In this document: positions 45,706 to 64,000 of the stretch, in pieces
Position numbering within the stretch: position 1 is the stretch's first letter
Layout: each line of letters begins with the position of its first letter
The notes under the pieces: model-generated
What the model saw: only the letters and a program-made list of their open reading frames with translations
Told to the model about the DNA's origin: nothing
Database searches by the model: none
Position numbers and translations under genes: made by a program
Assembly (NCBI RefSeq): GCF_009914755.1
Contig: NC_060926.1
DNA: 64,000 nucleotides
Direction: 5' to 3' (one strand)
Origin: the human T2T-CHM13v2.0 reference genome, Homo sapiens

Positions 45706-48700
45706 GGATACAGAGCCATAAATTCTCTGATGCCCATGTGAGTCCTTTTAAATACATACACTCAGGTACATTCAGCAAAGGGCATCTTACGGGTGACATG
45801 GAGCAAAGTGCTGGGATGGCGATGCCTGGGTGGGGCAGAGAAGTGTGGCCAGGGAAGGCCCCCTGGGGGCTGGAGGTACAGGCACCACTTCAGAAACAAA
45901 AATAAAACCAAAAATTGCTCTCCACCCCTCTGCCTGTGCTTGGGGCTGGGGAAGCTACCCTCTCACTCAGGCCCATTATAGCCTAGCTGTGTAGGAAGGT
46001 AGGGCCTAAGGGCCAGTTATGGAGGTTGCCCACCAGTGGTGCCCACTAGAACCAAGCCTGCTGGCATCAGCCACAAAGCAAGCCTGGGTCACCTCAGGCC
46101 TCTGCCCTGGATACAAGACCCTTGTCAGGGCAGAGCTGAGGCTGGCAAGCCCAAGGCCAAGCCTCCCTTGGGCCATGCTGGCAGTGGCAGAGGAGGCTTG
46201 GCCTCACGGTGGGGAGCCTGCCTGATTGTCAGGGCAGCCTTGGGACTGGCTGAGGTCCCAAGGGTTTGGGGAGGGAGTCGTTGCCTTAGCTGGCCCTGGT
46301 ATTCTGATCTTTACCCAATCCTAAACCTTATCCTCAGGCAAGGGCTGCAGATGAACACACTTGTCCAGGAATACATACATACACACAATACACAGCAATA
46401 TATACAGAAATGCAGGCCGGGCACAAGGCTGGGTGAGAAAGCATGGCCACTGGGTTGGAGAGAAGGGCCAGGCCCCCAGGGGAAGGAAGTTACACTCATC
46501 AGGGACTGACAGGCTGGGACAGGTCCCATGGGTTCGAGTTAACTTCTCTGGGCATTTGGGCCTTACACCCACTCACCATCTCCTGTTTTTACCCCAAGTC
46601 CAACAGGAACTGGGACTTTGGCACCAATAGTCACTCTGGGAAGGCCTCCTTCAACTTAGCGCCTTAGAGGGATTGGGGCCCGGGTGACTCCCCACTGGTG
46701 GCCCCAAAGATAAGAGACCAGGAGTGGGGAAATAGGCAGGACCCAAAGGCAAGGGATGGAGCCAAACCTTGGAGTAGCAGGCCTTGGGAAGGAGGACTTT
46801 TTTTTGTTTTTCTCTTTTGAGGCAATTCCTGAGGGGCTGGCTCAGACTCGAGTGTCACAGAACCAAGAAAACAGGAGCTGCCTTGATCCTTAGGTGGTCT
46901 CTCCTGGCTGGGGAAAGGCTGTGGTGCTGGGCTGGGCAGGCCACCCACTCTTTATTCCTGCAGGGATGCATATAAGTGCACCTTCATTTCCTGCCGGTGC
47001 TGTGGGGAAGCAGCCTGAATAAAGCATGAAGTACTTAAGCCAAGTACACCAACCTCCCAGGTAGGTACTGGGGCCAGACTGGATGGCAGGGGGTGGTAGA
47101 AACACCAAGTGGCCACCCCCACTGGGCCTCTACACATACCTGGGGCCCCTGGAGCAGGGCTGCTTGCTCTCAGATATTCCTTTCTTGCATCTTACTGGGT
47201 ATGAGATGTGAAGGGATCCCGTTTGGGTGGGTAAAGATGGATGAAGTGCTTCTAGGGATAGCCAGGCCCTCTGTCCCTGTTCCCATCCTCAGCCCTAGCT
47301 GTATGGTCACCAAAAAAATCCATGCATAGAGCCTCCCAGCAAGCAAAAGCTCCCTACTCAGCAGCAGAGCTCATCCCCGAGGAGAGAACAAAAGAAGAGC
47401 GTCAAGGGGCTGGTGGGGCAGGGGCTGCAAAGCTGCCAGTGCTTGGGCATGCATGAAGGCTAGGGGGCACAAGTCTGTCAGCCCCAGGGTGCGTGTGCAA
47501 TGGAATACTCTGACCTCTCATTCTTGCTGCAAAGGATTGGGCCTGCTCACACACATCCTTCACACACAGCCAGAACAGGGTGGAGGACTGAGGGGCTTTC
47601 CTGGAAATAGCCAAACCCATGGGAAGTGGACGTCCCCCCAGGCAGAAGGGTATCTTGTTCACCCCTCTGCCTCTAGTGCAGGTGGTGCTCAGTACTGTTG
47701 CACTAATGAATGAATGAGTGAGTGAAACTACAACTAGCATCTGTCCTTTCAGCACCACCTTTCTCCCACCCTAGCTCACTACCCATACACCCCAACCTCC
47801 TTTCTAGGGCTAATGCCAGGCATTCTAGTGTGTACCACCCAGAGAGAAGTTGCCTAGAGCCTTGTATTCAGGGATGGAAGGTCCCTGGGGCAGAGAAAAT
47901 CCTTCAGTTGGGCAGGCTCAAGCCAAGCAGGGCATCCCTTTGTGCTTTGTCTAGGAGACAGGGAAGGCAGCACCTCTGGTTCTGGGGTCACAGGGAGCAG
48001 GAGCTACAGGGTGCAGTTGGCAAGGCAGGACCAAGAAATCCAAGGCAGCCAGGCCCTTACTGGACCTCCACCTCCCTTCCAGGCCTCTGGAGGAGAGGAA
48101 AGAAAGCTGTGCTGCTTTTTCCTGACCCCTGAGGACAGGGCTGGTGCAGGGAGAAGCCAATGGAGCCAGCTGCTCTGGGGTAGGAGGCAAGGGGTGCCAC
48201 ACACAGCCAAGGCTTTGTGCAGGACTGGGCAGGGAGTTGCCAGCATGACACCCTTGGTATTTTAGGTTTTCAAAGGGCAGGGACAGAATGAGCCACAGGA
48301 GGAAAAGTCAGCAATGATAGCAAAAGCTGGGACAGAGCTAGGGAGTGACGCCATGGGAGCTGGGTGTGCTGCTGCGCCCATGGGATCCCAGCTCTGGAGG
48401 ACTCTTTACAAGGTAACCTGGGGGAGGGTCTTCATGTCCAAGCCAGGTTGTGTTAGGAAGTTGGGTCCCTGGGAAGGACTGGGTAACGAGGGGACCCCAT
48501 CCCCCGCCAGGACCAGCAGCCTAATGGCTAGGGCTGGGAGCTGATCCTATCTAGGAGAGAAAGAAACCCTAAGATAGATCTAGTTTAGATGTTCGAAAGA
48601 ACTTTCCAAATGAAAGTTGGCAGGACCCCCGGCCTCTGAGCTACTGTGGGAGTTCTGAGAGGAGGAACTGGGGAGACCTCAGCCTTTGGAGCCTTGGTTC

Positions 48701-49972
48701 TGAGACCTGATCCTTTGGGGACTGCAAAGGCCAGTGAAAAGTGAATCCTGTGGCTTCTAAGCCAAGTGGCTCCAGCTCAGGTCCAGCACTTCCCCTAGGC
48801 AGAAGACCCCAATGCAGCCCTCAGTCCACGGGGCCCGTGGAGACCAAGGAAGGGGGAGTGAGTCTATTGAGGATGCTCTTCCTCTTCCTTGGCCCCATGG
48901 GTCTGGCTCCCTGCCAAGGCCACATCTTCAAGCAAGCTAATTAGACAAGGAAGCAAAGCAAGCCACCCTCCTCCTGGCTTCCTCCACGGCCTCAGCACAG
49001 AGGGCGGCCCTGTGCCTCCCTCCCAGACAGCCTTGGTGACCCGAAGGCCATCGGGTTCCTGCCCAAGCACCTGGATTAGAAGGAAATTCCTTAAGGACAG
49101 GAACTACTTCTCACTGTGACAGGGCTGCCTGGGGCTGGGACCTTGACCCTCTGGAGGGTCCCTCAGGAATGAATGTAGGTATAGAAACGTGCGCCTTTCA
49201 GCTTTGAATTTAGCTCTGGTGTGCGGTGGGGTATGAGGTTGGGAGGAGGGGTCCTGTCTTACAGCAATAAATAAGTTTTCTCCCCCTGGCAATCCCCCAC
49301 CTTGGAAGGGTGGTCTCATCCTGGGGAGAAGTTCTGGGTGACTGTTTCCTTTCCAAACCCACCCCCACTACCCCACTGTACTGCTGCCCCCAGCTTTTGG
49401 CTGACCACGTGCCCAGGCCCCTAGGTCTGGCTGTGGTACCCCCAGGAAATGTGGATCCACAGCCTGGGCAGGCTGTCTGAAGGGGTGCCCCCAGAAGGCT
49501 GCAGCAAGGTTGAGGAGAAGAGCCCTCCTTGCCAAGTCTGAGCTGCCTTGTGGAGCCCCCATTGGCTTGGGGCCCCAGATGCTCCTGACCAGGAGGCTGG
49601 GCCTCAGGAAGGAGAGGCCAGCCAGAACAGCTGAGGAGCCACTGGGTGGTTATTGCAGATCCTCCAGGTGATGACACCAGGCGCTGGTGGTGACAGCTCC
49701 TCACTGGCTGTGCCAGAGGCTACTCCAGCCGGGGTAGGGTGGGGGTCGGAGGGCAGCTTCTGTCCAAGCCCCTGTACTGGGGAGGCAGTGCCCTGGGTCA
49801 GGCCTGTTGCTCTGCTGCTCCAGGAGGAGGACAGGAGACTTGACAGTCCCCCTCCAGAAGCCAGGGATAACACTCGGCCTCCAAAGGTCTAGTCCAAACC
49901 AGGGTCCCTCTGAGGTCCAAAGAGAGTGCCCTGGTGTGGGGCTGGCAGGGGCCCTGCCGCCCCCTACCCGGG

Positions 49973-60621
<10,649 letters not shown>

Positions 60622-60979
60622 GGCCCCGCCGCCCCCGCGGCACGCGGGCTCCACCGCGGCCGCCCCGCCGGTCAGCCGGGCGCGCTCATGGGGGACCGCG
60701 GGCGAGGCCCCCTGCGGGGTCAGGAAGGCTCAGGGCGCCCGCGGCCTGGGGCGAGGAGGCTGGAAGAGACGCGATGAGTCTTAGGAAGAGGGTATCGCTG
60801 CTCCCACCCTGGCTCCCAGCCCGGAGCCCTCATCCCCCAGCCATGAGGAAATCAGCATTGAGGGGCAAGGGGAGACCTCCCAGAGGAGGCTGGCCTGCTC
60901 TGGCACCTGTGCGAGGGCCTGTATGTGTGCAAGAGACAGCGAGAGAATGAGATAATCTGTTTTTAAAGGGGCAGGCGCG

Positions 60980-61390
60980 TAATCACTTTTATTTATAATG
61001 GTTCCAACCTGGAAACGACCCAAGTGCCCATCAATGGTAGAACGGTTAAACTGTAGCATATTCATGATGGAATCTACCCAGCAATAAGAAAAGAAACTAT
61101 TGGTACACAGTGACATGGATGAGTCCATCCAATATTATGTTGCATGAAAGAAGCCAGACCAAAGAGTGCATGCTGTAGAATTCCAGAGAGATGGAGTTCA
61201 AGAACAGACACAATTGATGATGAAGTCAGCATAGAGGTCCCCAGCTGGGGGCTACATGGACTAGGAAGGGGCAGGAGGCAGCTTTATGTGATGCGGAGAA
61301 TGTTCTCTATCTGCTTTGAGTGGTGGTTATACAGTTGTGTACATATTTAAACAATCATCAAGCTGTATACTTAAAATGAGTGTAAAAATC
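60980..61390 (+). mobile_element. Old L1M 3'-end fragment
   Basis: aacctggaaacgacccaagtgcccatcaatggtagaa...acatggatga...gaaagaagccagac. Confidence 0.75.
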
Positions 61391-62214
61391 CTTGGAAAGA
61401 ACATGCATGCTTATTTTCATTTTTTGCAGACTGCACCCCCACACAGGCTGGAACTATTGGTACCATGTTGCAGTGACCAAGACATCACTCTACCTAATGA
61501 CATCGCATGTGTCGCTGTTTGTTCTGTCCCGACTTCTGCACCACATCCTCCTATCCCTACTACTCCAGGCCCTTAGGTCTTTTTCTCAGACCTAGAAAAG
61601 GTGAGGTAGGCTTCCAGTAAGTGTCCCTGCCCTGCCTTTACCCCAAGGGCTTTATTATCCATCCTCCCCACACCCCTTTTGGCACAAGGTCCCTCCATCC
61701 CCCCACCAATTCTGGCATCCCAACCCTCCTCACTGTCAACTCCTGCTGCCCCTCCATCTCTGGCTTCTTGTCACTCTTCTCCTACCTTGTGGGGTCTCCA
61801 TCCCATTCCTCACTGCCATCCTCTTCCTAACTGCCTGCAATAGGGCTTCCACTGCCCTGTGATCAAGGTCACAGACCACCTGCTGATCAGACAAGCCAGT
61901 TGTCATCAAGGGTCTTCACCTACTTGGTCCCATGGCCGATACTGTTGACCCCTCCATCTTCACAGCTGCCATGAGCTTTCCTGTCTGGATTTTCCCCTGG
62001 GTTCTGCAACTTCCTGTTCTTGCTGCCTTCCTAAACGTCCTCATTCCCTGAGGTCTGCCTCTGGAGCCCTCCATCTCTATTCTCCCCCTAGGAAGGCAGT
62101 CAGCTTCCCTCACACAGGTTTACTTGCACCTGTAAGCTCTACTTCTCCATCCTGACCTGCCGCATAGTTGTGTTGCCTTCTGGCATTTCCACAGGATGTA
62201 TGGGTGGATGTCTG

Positions 62215-62995
<781 letters not shown>

Positions 62996-64000
62996 GAAAT
63001 TAGAATCAGAGATGGAAATTTTTAATAGATCCACAAAAGAAATTAGCTGAACTAAGGAGGGGGACATAAGCTGGCACTACTTCCCCCATTCCCCACTCAC
63101 AGGTTGGTGAACAGAGCAGCAGCAAAGCAGATGATTAAACTGTCTCCCACCATCCCTGGAGCTCAGGCCATGTACCTACCATGGCTGGAACATTAGGGGA
63201 TTTGTAGAAAAATGTCAGGATGTTGGGAGTGTCTTTCCAACGGCCTCAGTAAGGTCCAACAAGCAAGAGACACACTCTGGTTGAAAGGAGCCCATCTGAA
63301 AGCAGAGAGGAAGAAAATTTGGGCTTGCCCAGAGAGGCCCTTTCTGCCTGCAGCCAGTAATTCAATATGGCTGAGAGTCAGATAATTAAGAGCCAGTTCT
63401 TTGCTTCAAGCTAAAGTCAGCTCAAGCGAAGACAAAGAGGCTGGGAACTAAGAGGGAGATAAGCCTGGGGCCTGACAGGTACTCAACTCCTTGGGCCCTG
63501 CTGAACCCTTCCTGCTGTGCCCTCCCAGCTGGACAGAAGCTTCCATTATAAGCAGCCTTCCATTGGGATGCAGCTTCAGTGAGAAGGGGCAGATGACCTT
63601 TTGCCTCCCTCCCCAAAGTTGGAGTTTGCTTTGCCCTGTGGCAGAGGCCCAGTTAGAGGCTGCAGAACCAAGGGCTCCTGGGATGGGCAGAACACTGAGG
63701 CCTGTTGCTAAGAGATAACCCCTCCCTCCTTCTACACCACCACCAGGGACTTCATTCAAGAACCATAACTTTCATAGAGGTCTCTAGCTTTGGTTAATAG
63801 CTCTGGGGATAACCAAATGCAAACTGACTGAAAAGCCTCCCAGGGATTAAGGGGATTGTATTGCCAGAAAGCCCCCACAAACCAAAGGATTGCTCAGCCC
63901 CTATGGTTGCCCTGAACCTCCCCAAACATGCACCCTTCAATGCCCCTCTCACAGAGACAGCAAAATCAGAGCAGTGAGATTGGTGTACCAGGAAACCTCT

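Overview
Primate genomic DNA, recognisable as the human 2p13 NOTO-SMYD5-PRADC1-CCT7-FBXO41 cluster. The window holds the last coding exon of NOTO (+) and four complete multi-exon CDSs reconstructed by hand. All use GT-AG splice sites with consistent exon phases: SMYD5 (+, 13 exons, 418 aa), PRADC1 (-, 5 exons, 188 aa), CCT7 (+, 12 exons, 543 aa) and FBXO41 (-, 12 coding exons, 875 aa). PRADC1 and CCT7 share a head-to-head CpG-island promoter; SMYD5/PRADC1 and CCT7/FBXO41 are tail-to-tail. Non-coding DNA is dense in Alu, L2, MIR, L1M, MER21, MLT1, MER5A, MER3 and Tigger4-type repeats; repeat boundaries and subfamily calls are approximate and made by eye. I found no convincing new gene or biological system, and almost all entries in the six-frame ORF track are intronic, Alu-derived or GC-rich artefacts. 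The findings are modest regulatory and structural hypotheses: a uORF, inverted-Alu loops around in-frame exon blocks, weak splice donors, local duplications and palindromes.
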